The notes: a model not told the origin generated them from the sequence alone. A stretch of 34,747 nt of DNA from an uncultured Clostridia bacterium (GCA_946541285.1 CAMNJG010000001.1:1-34747), one strand, 5' to 3'; shown: positions 26,597-34,703, counted from the first letter of the stretch. Program-made: numbers and translations.

Positions 26597-26634
26597 GCTT
26601 CCATCCTCCGGAAATTCACACCATTCCCTAGGGA

Positions 26635-27303
26635 TTACAGAACGATGCCGTAACGTTCCCTCCGGCTTTCCACCCCTGCTTTTTCTTCTTCGCTGAGCAG
26701 ATGTGCCTTTGGTCCAAGTCCGGTCAGGATCAGCATCTTCGCGTAATACTCCAGCGTTTCCAGCCGGAAGTACGCCCGTTCCATGGAATCCCCCCAGGTC
26801 ACCGCTCCGTGGTTTGCCAGCAGGACTGCCGCGTGTCCCTGCAGATAAGGAACAATGCTGTCCGCGAGTTCGGTTGTTCCCGGCAGGGCAAACGGCGCGC
26901 ACGGGACGGTTCCCAGGTTCAGCACGGCCTCATTGACCACTGCCTTATCCAGATCCATTCTGGCACAGGCAAACGCCGTGGAAAGAGGAGGATGCGCATG
27001 AACCACCGCGTTGACATCCGGCCGGTTCCGGTATACTGCCAGGTGGAGGTTGATTTCGGAGGAAATCCCCAGTTCTGTCTGCTTTTCCAGAATCCGGCCT
27101 TCCGCATCCACCTTCACCAGCATATCCGCCGTCATAAATCCCTTGGATACACCGGAAGGCGTCACCCAGAATCCGCCGTCGGCTGTCCGGCAGCTGATAT
27201 TGCCGTCATTGGCCGCGCAGTAATCCTTGTCATACATTCTTCTGCCGGCTTCCAGTATGTTCTCTTTCGCCTGTGTGTCATCCGGTAATTTTGTATTAAA
27301 CAT
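26635..27303 (-). CDS. Class II aldolase/adducin-family protein (FucA/Ald2/DrdA-like)
   Basis: 222 aa. NDGNISCR, VVHAHPP, LLANHGAVTWG. 8-nt overlap with the mtnA stop. Confidence 0.8.
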   Translation of the reverse strand: MFNTKLPDDTQAKENILEAGRRMYDKDYCAANDGNISCRTADGGFWVTPSGVSKGFMTADMLVKVDAEGRILEKQTELGISSEINLHLAVYRNRPDVNAVVHAHPPLSTAFACARMDLDKAVVNEAVLNLGTVPCAPFALPGTTELADSIVPYLQGHAAVLLANHGAVTWGDSMERAYFRLETLEYYAKMLILTGLGPKAHLLSEEEKAGVESRRERYGIVL

Positions 27304-28426
27304 TTTTTCCCCTCGCTTTCTTTGACTGCTCTTCCTCCGCTTTTATCGTCTTCCGGAGATCCCGCATCGTCTTATTATATGGCGGGCGGATCACACCGTA
27401 TTCTGTAATAATCCCGGAAATCAGGCTGTTATCTGTCACATCGAAGGAAGGGTTGTACGTCTGTACGCCTTCCGGCGCCATCGGCTGTTCGTACCACATT
27501 TCCCGGATCTCGCTGCCGGGACGCTCCTCGATTTTAATCCCGCTTCCTTTCGGAATCGAAAAATCGATGGAAGACGTCGGCGCCGCGATATAGAACGGGA
27601 TGTCAAAATGCTTCGCGAGGATGGCGACTCCCAGTGTCCCGATTTTATTGGCCGCGTCACCGTTTAACGCGACCCGGTCGCAGCCGGTAATCACTGCCTG
27701 GACTTTTCCCTCTTTCATCACGGTCGCTGCCATGTTGTCGCAGATCAGTGTCACATCCACTCCCGCGTTCTGCAGCTCAAAGGCGGTCAGCCTGGCTCCC
27801 TGCAGCAGCGGACGGGTCTCGTCCGCGTATACTTTAAACCCGTAGCCTTTTTCCTGCCCGAGATAGATCGGCGCCGTGGCGGTACCGTAACGGACGGTAG
27901 CCAGCCTGCCGGCGTTGCAGTGTGTCAGGATGCCCTGTCCCGGTTCCAGCAGTTCCAGACCATTCTCGCCGAGCCGGCGGCAGACCTCGATATCCTGATC
28001 CCGGATCAGCAGAGCTTCACGCTTCAGTTCCATCACGATGCCATCCACGCCAAGTCCTTCACAGAGCTCAGCCCGTTTCAGCATCCGGTCTACGGCCCAC
28101 TGGAGATTGACCGCTGTCGGGCGCGCGCTGCGGATCACCCCGGCATGCATCTTCAGTGCCTGCATGAAAGGCTCTTCCTGTTCCAGCCCATTCTCCATCA
28201 GTTTATTTGCCAGAACATAGACTGCTATAGCCGCTGCCACGCCGATCGCCGGAGCGCCGCGGACCTTCAGCAGATAGATCGCCTGACGGATCTCCATCAG
28301 CTCATCCAGTTCGAGAAACTCCACTTTCCCCGGAAGCTGCGTCTGATCGAGGATCACCAGCTTTTTTCCGTCATCCGAAAGGCCAACGGTATCAAAATCA
28401 CCATTTGCCACGTCTCTTTTCATCAT
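27296..28426 (-). CDS. mtnA: S-methyl-5-thioribose-1-phosphate (or 5-deoxyribose-1-phosphate) isomerase
   Basis: 376 aa. eIF-2B-like motifs VRGAPAIGVAAA, TRPLLQGARLTAFEL, GCDRVALNGDAANKIGT. Confidence 0.88.
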   Translation of the reverse strand: MMKRDVANGDFDTVGLSDDGKKLVILDQTQLPGKVEFLELDELMEIRQAIYLLKVRGAPAIGVAAAIAVYVLANKLMENGLEQEEPFMQALKMHAGVIRSARPTAVNLQWAVDRMLKRAELCEGLGVDGIVMELKREALLIRDQDIEVCRRLGENGLELLEPGQGILTHCNAGRLATVRYGTATAPIYLGQEKGYGFKVYADETRPLLQGARLTAFELQNAGVDVTLICDNMAATVMKEGKVQAVITGCDRVALNGDAANKIGTLGVAILAKHFDIPFYIAAPTSSIDFSIPKGSGIKIEERPGSEIREMWYEQPMAPEGVQTYNPSFDVTDNSLISGIITEYGVIRPPYNKTMRDLRKTIKAEEEQSKKARGKNV

Positions 28427-28495
28427 TTTTCTGCTCCTGTTTTTCGTGATTTTTCCGTATGGTAAAGAACGAGTCGTACCTCCGGTCCCGTCATG

Positions 28496-29674
28496 TTATA
28501 AAGACTCACGCATCGCTGCGGCCGCTTTTTCCGCAAAAGTTTTCATTGCCTCCGCTTCCTGGAAGACAGCCTGCGCCTGGGTCGGACTGCCGCCACCCCG
28601 GCCGCCTTCCGCCAGGGTTTTCACCAGTTTTCCGCACTGGACCGGCGAGCCTTCCGGCGCGGTCAGCAGCACGCACAGCGCGGCATCCGAATAGAGTACA
28701 GCCGGCATTTCCGCCAGTTCCGACATTTTTTTCGTGATCGTCCGCAGATAATCCATATCGGCTCCTTCGATACCGGCGCATGCCACCTGCGTGCCACCGG
28801 AAACCAGCTCCCGGGCTTTCGCCAGGGCGGACGCGGTTTTAAAGTCATTGTACTCCCTGCGGATACGTTCATTCTTGTTTTCCACTTTTTCGATTTTATC
28901 CAGCAGCGTGAATTCATCCGCGGAATAACGCTCTGACAGAACCGTCACGTCCACATGCTTCTGCTGGTAATCCCGCAGGGCCCTCCAGCCGCATTTGAAA
29001 TGCACCCGTGTCAGCTGTTTGTATTTTTCGGTACCGGTAATTTTGATGATCCCGATCTGTGAGGTATCGGACAGATGCGGACAACAGCACGCCACACAGT
29101 CCACGCCCGGAACACTGACTACGATGATGTCTTCTTCGACCTTGAGTTCTTTCCTCAGTGGATACTTCCTGGCATCTTCCGCGCTGCGGAGCAGATCCAC
29201 CTGCACAGGGATGGCATCGTATACAGCCTGATTCGCCCGGTTCTCCACATCCCGGATCATCTCGTCTGTCAGTTCCAGTGTATCCAGGTCAAAGGTTCCG
29301 TCGGTATCCCCGAGATGGAAGCCTTTATTATCCAGATTGTATACACTTTTAAAAATCCCTGACAGGATATGTTCTCCGAGGTGGTTCTGCATGTGGTCGA
29401 AGCGCCGCTGCCAGTCCAGTACGAGTTTTACGGAATCGCCCGGTTTCAGCGCGGACGCCTCTGCTTCGGAATCCAGTGTATGGATGATCTCATCTCCTTT
29501 TTCCGTAACGCTTTTCAGCGGGTATCCGCCCAGGGTTCCCAGATCCCATGGCTGCCCTCCGGAATCCGGCGCGAAAATCGTCCGGTCCAGGATCACATCC
29601 GCTCCCTCGGTCCGCACCACCTTCGCCTCCAGCTCTTTCCGATATCGTTCTTTCTGATATGTTTTTTCTGTCAT
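28496..29674 (-). CDS. alaX: Alanyl-tRNA editing protein AlaX-L (editing domain + DHHA1)
   Basis: 392 aa. Zn motifs HLGEHILSG (HxxxH) and CCCPH (CxxxH). C-terminal GGRGGGSPTQAQA DHHA1 motif. Confidence 0.8.
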   Translation of the reverse strand: MTEKTYQKERYRKELEAKVVRTEGADVILDRTIFAPDSGGQPWDLGTLGGYPLKSVTEKGDEIIHTLDSEAEASALKPGDSVKLVLDWQRRFDHMQNHLGEHILSGIFKSVYNLDNKGFHLGDTDGTFDLDTLELTDEMIRDVENRANQAVYDAIPVQVDLLRSAEDARKYPLRKELKVEEDIIVVSVPGVDCVACCCPHLSDTSQIGIIKITGTEKYKQLTRVHFKCGWRALRDYQQKHVDVTVLSERYSADEFTLLDKIEKVENKNERIRREYNDFKTASALAKARELVSGGTQVACAGIEGADMDYLRTITKKMSELAEMPAVLYSDAALCVLLTAPEGSPVQCGKLVKTLAEGGRGGGSPTQAQAVFQEAEAMKTFAEKAAAAMRESL

Positions 29675-29839
29675 GTTGTTATCCTTTTCGTCTGTTTCCT
29701 CTGAGAAAGTACTGTAATCACCGATCTCTTCTTCTCCGTATCCCCTTCTTCTGATAGCGGTATCCCAGCGTTTCCTGCAGAACAGGAATATGATGGTCCA
29801 GACTATATCCCCAGATTAAATTCGAAGCATTTTTCCTCT

Positions 29840-30547
29840 TTACCCCCCAAACTCATACAGTGGCTTCAGATGCCCTTTCGCGTCAGCGAAGTACATCTCC
29901 TTCCGGGTGTACAGCCAGTCACTTTCTTCGTAATCCAGGCCACAGAACGCGCAGAATTCCTTCATCAGAATCTGCGGGTTCAGGCTGCCGGTATTTCCCG
30001 CGCCCAGCATCATCGTCAGGATCAGCTTTTTTTCATGAATCAGGCTCATCGAATGAATATTGGGACGGATATCGGTCTCCACATCCTTCCGTTTCTTTTT
30101 GGAATACCTGACGCTCAGGATCGAATCCTGCGCCAGGAAGGCTTCCAGTCTTTCCTGCAAAAGCCGCACAGGATCCTGTTCCCCCCGGTACTCCGCAGTA
30201 TACTCCGCGTAACGGAGCACAGCGGCCGCCGCCGTCTTGCCGGTCTCCTTCAGTTTCCGGCACATCAGTGCTTTCAGGCCAGGCGGCATATGGGCATTGA
30301 GCTGCTCCGCCGCTTCCTGCGGGGTATAATCCACCTCTGTTTCAAACTCCAGATAATCGCCCCGGCTTTCAAAGCCAAGGGACAGGGGCATCGCGAAGCC
30401 GATCTTCGCGTGAGGATTAAACCCGTTGGAATAACTGAGTTTCAGACCGGAACGGCGGAAGGTTCTCTGAAAAACCCTCAGAAGATCCAGATGGGAGATA
30501 AAGCGGATGCCACCCTGTTTTGAAAATTTCAGTAAATATCTGCTCAT
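29840..30547 (-). CDS. Radical-SAM-associated protein of the TIGR03936/DUF2344 type
   Basis: 235 aa. RFISHLDLLRVFQRTFRRSGLKLSYSNGFNPHAKI is characteristic. ATGA overlap with the upstream radical SAM gene. Confidence 0.75.
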   Translation of the reverse strand: MSRYLLKFSKQGGIRFISHLDLLRVFQRTFRRSGLKLSYSNGFNPHAKIGFAMPLSLGFESRGDYLEFETEVDYTPQEAAEQLNAHMPPGLKALMCRKLKETGKTAAAAVLRYAEYTAEYRGEQDPVRLLQERLEAFLAQDSILSVRYSKKKRKDVETDIRPNIHSMSLIHEKKLILTMMLGAGNTGSLNPQILMKEFCAFCGLDYEESDWLYTRKEMYFADAKGHLKPLYEFGG

Positions 30548-32415
30548 GCTTCCACCTGCCTGTAATTCGCGCTCAGTTCATACACCGGACATTCCACAAA
30601 ACGCTTCACACCGCAGCCGGTGCAGCCTTTGCGGCAGTCCTGCGTCTGGATTCCCTGCATGGCCTTTTTCATTTCTTTCAGCATATACTGCTTGCTGACA
30701 CCACAGTCGATGATTTCCCACGGCAGATACTCATCCTCGCCTCTGGCGCGCCGGGAATAGAAATCCGGATCCACTCCGGTATCCTCAAAAGCCTGCAGCC
30801 ATCTGGAATAATCAAAAAACTCCGTCCAGCCATCAAATTTACATCCCAGCTCCCAGGCACGGATCAGTGAAGCGCAGACCTTCCGGTCCCCTCTGGCAAA
30901 AACAGCTTCCAGATAACTGGTTTCCGTACCGTGATACTGATAGGAAACATTTTTCAGCTTTTTCAGCCGGTCCTTGAGATAATAGTGCTTCCGGTTAAAC
31001 TCTTCCGGGGAATCCTGGGCGGCCCACTGGAACGGCGTATCCGCTTTCGGTACAAAATTGGAAACGCTGACAGTGACGTTGAACTTGCCTTTGCGTTCAC
31101 TGACCCGCCGGTAAATGGAGACGATATTCCGGGCGATCTCCGCGATACCGTCCAGATCCTCATCGGTTTCTCCGGGAAGTCCGATCATAAAGTAAAGCTT
31201 GATATTGGTATAGCCCATCCGGATGACCTTTTCAGCAGCCGTATAGATATGCTCATCGGTGATCGATTTGTTGATGATATCCCGCAGGCGCTGGGTCCCG
31301 GCCTCCGGAGCGAAAGTCAGACCGGTTTTCCGGAATTCCTGAATCTCGTGCAGAACCTCTTCCGAAAAAGAATCCAGCCGCAGTGATGGCAGGGACAATC
31401 CTGCTTTCACAGCTTTGCAGTCCGCCATCAGATCCCGCACCAGCGGCTCGATCTGCGAATAATCGCTCGTCGAGAGTGACAGGAGGCTCATCTCATCATA
31501 TCCGGTATTCTGCAGGCTTTCTGAGGCATACTGCCGCACCTGCTCCGGGGAACGCTCCCGGACAGGACGGCAGATCATCCCGGCCTGGCAGAAACGGCAG
31601 CCTCTGGTACAGCCGCGGAACAGTTCGACCACGGTCCGGTTATGTACGGTATCCGTAAACGGAACAACCGGATGCAGCGGGAACGGCACATGGTCCATGT
31701 CCATGACAAAACGCTTCACAATCTGATCCGGCGCAGCTCCGTACAGTTTCTGATGCCCCGTCATCCTGCCCGACTCATCATACTGTGCCTCATAAAAAGA
31801 AGGAACATAAACACCTTCGATACGGGCCAGTTCCTGCAGGAGCTGTGGCCTGCTCCAATTCTCTTTTTTGGACCGGCGGATGAGATCCGTGACCTGTACC
31901 AGCACTTCCTCTCCGTCTCCGGGCATAAAGAAATCAAAAATATCCGCCAGCGGTTCCGGATTAAAGGAACAGTTTCCTCCTCCCGCAATAATCGGATGCT
32001 CCTCTGAGCGATCCCTGCTGTAAAAAGGGATACCGGCCAGATCCAGCATATTGACGATATTCGTAAACGAAAGCTCGTACTGGAGGGTAAATCCCAGGAT
32101 GTCCATCTCCGCCGCAGGCTGCTTGTCCTCCAGAGTAAACAGTGGAACGCCTTCTTCTCTCATCAGCGTTTCCATATCGGCTCCGGGAGCAAACAGTCTC
32201 TGGCAATAGACTCCTTTCTGGCTGTTCAGAACATGATAAATGATCTGGAGTCCAAGATAGGACATCCCGATTTCGTACAGATCCGGGAAACAGAATCCCC
32301 AGAAAACCTCTGTTTCATCCGGAGCCTTATGGACTTCATAAAGCTCGCCCCCCATATAGGAGGCAGGTTTATTCACTTTGGTCAGCAGTTTTTCAATCCT
32401 GTCAAAAAGATTCAT
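30544..32415 (-). CDS. B12-binding-domain radical SAM protein of the TIGR03960 type
   Basis: 623 aa. CxxxCxxC cluster motif RGCTRGCRFCQAG. N-terminal Rossmann-like B12-binding-type domain. Confidence 0.8.
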   Translation of the reverse strand: MNLFDRIEKLLTKVNKPASYMGGELYEVHKAPDETEVFWGFCFPDLYEIGMSYLGLQIIYHVLNSQKGVYCQRLFAPGADMETLMREEGVPLFTLEDKQPAAEMDILGFTLQYELSFTNIVNMLDLAGIPFYSRDRSEEHPIIAGGGNCSFNPEPLADIFDFFMPGDGEEVLVQVTDLIRRSKKENWSRPQLLQELARIEGVYVPSFYEAQYDESGRMTGHQKLYGAAPDQIVKRFVMDMDHVPFPLHPVVPFTDTVHNRTVVELFRGCTRGCRFCQAGMICRPVRERSPEQVRQYASESLQNTGYDEMSLLSLSTSDYSQIEPLVRDLMADCKAVKAGLSLPSLRLDSFSEEVLHEIQEFRKTGLTFAPEAGTQRLRDIINKSITDEHIYTAAEKVIRMGYTNIKLYFMIGLPGETDEDLDGIAEIARNIVSIYRRVSERKGKFNVTVSVSNFVPKADTPFQWAAQDSPEEFNRKHYYLKDRLKKLKNVSYQYHGTETSYLEAVFARGDRKVCASLIRAWELGCKFDGWTEFFDYSRWLQAFEDTGVDPDFYSRRARGEDEYLPWEIIDCGVSKQYMLKEMKKAMQGIQTQDCRKGCTGCGVKRFVECPVYELSANYRQVEA

Positions 32416-32511
32416 AGTCTTCCATTATTTCCTTCCCTTACAGCAATCTTCTGAAAATTCCCTCTCCGTAAACCTGGCCCGGTTACTGTTTGGTGTTCAA
32501 ACATAATTAGT

Positions 32512-32551
32512 GTCTGCTCATTAAGTCCCCGTCGGACTTAATGATGCAGGC
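32512..32551. repeat. 40-bp palindromic element, copy A
   Basis: GTCTGC-T-CATTAAGTCC-CCGTC-GGACTTAATG-AT-GCAGGC. Equals the reverse complement of 34538-34577 at 39/40; the only mismatch is at 32533 in the central loop. Confidence 0.9.
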
Positions 32552-32578
32552 AGCTAAACTGATATTTTAATGTTTTTC

Positions 32579-32604
32579 GGTTAATGAGCACGCATTAATT
32601 ATAT
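32579..32604 (-). promoter_or_regulatory. Half-copy of the palindromic element fused to a TATAAT box, upstream of the radical SAM operon
   Basis: Minus strand TATAAT-TAATGCGTGCTCATTAACC parallels TATAAT-AAATAATGTCTGCTCATTAAGTCC at 34590-34552. TTAATGAG (32581-32588) is complementary to CTCATTAA (32517-32524) within copy A. Confidence 0.45.
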
Positions 32605-32610
32605 AAAAAA

Positions 32611-34395
32611 TCACGATAATCCCGGTTCCGGGATCTCCAGGTCGTATCGGTCCGCGTATTCTTTTGTGAGATCAAACAGCTCATAGCCTCCCCGGTTGAT
32701 CTTCAGCTTCAGCACATCCGGCAGCTGACGGCCGGTCAGTTCGCATTTCAGTACCCGCAGTACTCCGGAATGCGCGACAATCACTATATCTCCCGGTTCC
32801 TGCTGCACGATTTCGTTAAATTTCGCGACGACCCGTTCTCTCAGATCATAAAAATTCTCAGACTCCGCATCGATCCGGTAACTGAGAAGATGTTCGCCCC
32901 GTGCTTCATACTGCTCCGGATATTTCTCCCGTATCTCCCGGATCGGCCTGCCGTCCCAGCCTCCCAGGTTCATTTCCCGGAATTCCGGTACTTTCTGAAT
33001 CGTCAGATCCAGCCCGGTTCCCGGAATCATCATTTCCGCGCTCTGGACAGCCCGCTTCAGATCACTGCAGTAAAGTGTGGAAGTATGGATGTCAAAATGG
33101 GTCAGCTCAATCCCCGCAATCCGGCACTGTTCACGCCCTTCATCATTGAGAGGTACATCGGTCTGCCCGAGAAAAATCTTTTCCCGGTGTTTTTCCGTTT
33201 CCCCATGCCGGATGAGGAAAACCCGTCTGAGGGGTACTTCCGCGGCCTGACGCGCTTTTTCATCATGCTCCAGAAGGAACTTGTACAGGCTTTTTTCGAT
33301 TTTCAGATTGATATAGTTCAGTACCGCATAGGTGCATCCGATTTTTGATTCAATCGCCTGTACCGCTTCCAGGTCATCCTTGAAACGCAGGAGTACAGGA
33401 GCCAGTCTCTGCTCCAGGGTCACCAGCTTGTCTTCCTGACGGAATTTGTCCGCCAGGCAGATAATATCCTTTTCCGTAATATCATATACCGGCAGTGGAT
33501 GCTGATAATCCATATGATCCTTAATGATATCCGCGACTTCCGGATACCCGTAGTCCAGCATCAGCCTGGCGCCTTCTTCTGCGTGGTCCGGTTTCATGCG
33601 CAATACATCATGCAGGGATCCAGAGGCCCGGATCAGCGGAATCGACAGAAACATCCCGTGCCGGTTCAGTTCTTCCGCAATCAGCAGCGCTGTCTCTGTC
33701 ACAGCCATACAATGCTTAATGATATGGGAAGGGGTGCCCTCCCGGTCAAGGATCCTGCGGCACTGTTCCTCATTCGGATATTTGTGGGTTCTGTAAAACT
33801 CAAGCAGTGCTTTATAGGCTTCCTGTGTATCCATATCGTACAGGATGCTCTCACAGTGCGTATCGACACGGATCATGCTGTGTTCATGCGGGGCCGTGAC
33901 GGATTTCATGCCGTTTTCCCCGTCGGAACGCAGAACTTCCTCTACCAGCCCGCCCGGTACCAGAAGCGGATGCGCTTTTTTGCCACCGCAACAGGCCACC
34001 ACAAATTCGCTGCGGTCGGAATCATAATACCGGTTCATCAGGGCTTTGAAAATATATGGCGGGATCAGTGGAACGTCCACCGGTGTCATGAGAATACAGT
34101 CATGACCATCCTGTTTCGCGGCCTCCAGCCCCTTTTTCACAGAGGTAAACATCCCGTCCGCGAAGTGCTCATTATAAACGATCCGGACAGTTTCATCCTT
34201 CAGGTACTCTTCGATCTGCCCGGACTGGTATCCGGTCACAACATAGATATCCCGGATCCCGGCGATTCTGAAGTTTTCAACAAGAATTCCCAGTGGACAA
34301 CTGTTGCCGATCCTCATAAGTGGCTTAAAGTCATGCATTCTCGACGAATATCCCGCCGAGAGAATCAGACCTGCCGGATTTCTGTCTTTCATCAT
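32611..34395 (-). CDS. Three-domain fusion: MobA/CobY-like NTP transferase + HD phosphohydrolase + histidine phosphatase (CobC/PGM family)
   Basis: GLILSAGYSSRM nucleotidyltransferase G-loop. HD region HCMAV...SLHDVLR. FLIRHGETE and VIVAHSGVLR histidine-phosphatase motifs. The ATG at 34395 has AAGGAG 9 nt upstream; 34416 is an alternative. The track start at 34557 lies inside the palindromic leader. Confidence 0.75.
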   Translation of the reverse strand: MMKDRNPAGLILSAGYSSRMHDFKPLMRIGNSCPLGILVENFRIAGIRDIYVVTGYQSGQIEEYLKDETVRIVYNEHFADGMFTSVKKGLEAAKQDGHDCILMTPVDVPLIPPYIFKALMNRYYDSDRSEFVVACCGGKKAHPLLVPGGLVEEVLRSDGENGMKSVTAPHEHSMIRVDTHCESILYDMDTQEAYKALLEFYRTHKYPNEEQCRRILDREGTPSHIIKHCMAVTETALLIAEELNRHGMFLSIPLIRASGSLHDVLRMKPDHAEEGARLMLDYGYPEVADIIKDHMDYQHPLPVYDITEKDIICLADKFRQEDKLVTLEQRLAPVLLRFKDDLEAVQAIESKIGCTYAVLNYINLKIEKSLYKFLLEHDEKARQAAEVPLRRVFLIRHGETEKHREKIFLGQTDVPLNDEGREQCRIAGIELTHFDIHTSTLYCSDLKRAVQSAEMMIPGTGLDLTIQKVPEFREMNLGGWDGRPIREIREKYPEQYEARGEHLLSYRIDAESENFYDLRERVVAKFNEIVQQEPGDIVIVAHSGVLRVLKCELTGRQLPDVLKLKINRGGYELFDLTKEYADRYDLEIPEPGLS

Positions 34396-34468
34396 CGTGG
34401 ACATCTCCTTAGTCATTCCAGGTTCCTTACAGGATTCACTTTTATATGGAAAATCCCTGCCGGGCATC

Positions 34469-34584
34469 AAATAATGTCTGCCCGCATGGTTTCTTTTCAT
34501 TGAAAAACCATGCGGAATGCAGGCATATACTTCGACAGCCTGCATCATTAAGTCCAACGGGGACTTAATGAGCAGACATTATTT
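34469..34584. repeat. 116-bp nested palindrome containing element copy B (34538-34577)
   Basis: 13-bp outer stem AAATAATGTCTGC/GCAGACATTATTT (34469-34481/34572-34584). It encloses hairpin CCGCATGGTTT/AAACCATGCGG (34482-34492/34505-34515), ATGCAGGC/GCCTGCAT (34517-34524/34538-34545) and CATTAAGTCC/GGACTTAATG (34546-34555/34561-34570). Confidence 0.85.
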
Positions 34585-34593
34585 ATTATAGCA
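34585..34593 (-). promoter_or_regulatory. Extended -10 promoter element TGCTATAAT for the three-domain gene
   Basis: The reverse complement of 34585-34593 is TGCTATAAT, immediately abutting the nested palindrome. Predicted TSS is near 34578. Confidence 0.5.
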
Positions 34594-34703
34594 TATTTCA
34601 TGAAGCAGAATGAATCATCCGTGAGGATTCCGGAGAAACAGAAAGCATACGGATAACTGTTCACAGCCTGCAGGAGTATGACTCAGCGCCGCCGGCTACG
34701 TTT

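Noticed and set aside
26597-26902. 102-aa N-terminal extension of the xseA ORF
   Set aside because: It overlaps the aldolase coding region in another frame and is R/G/P-rich. The internal ATG at 26596 has a GGAGGA RBS and gives a normal-length XseA.
29675-29839. Possible T-box leader upstream of alaX (GGGATACCGCT resembles the GGGTGGTACCGCG T-box core)
   Set aside because: The match is partial. The leader is only ~165 nt, with no recognisable stem I/specifier architecture or terminator/antiterminator pair.
34396-34557. 54-aa N-terminal extension of the three-domain ORF
   Set aside because: It starts inside the nested palindrome. The MobA-like domain begins just after the AAGGAG-preceded ATG at 34395.
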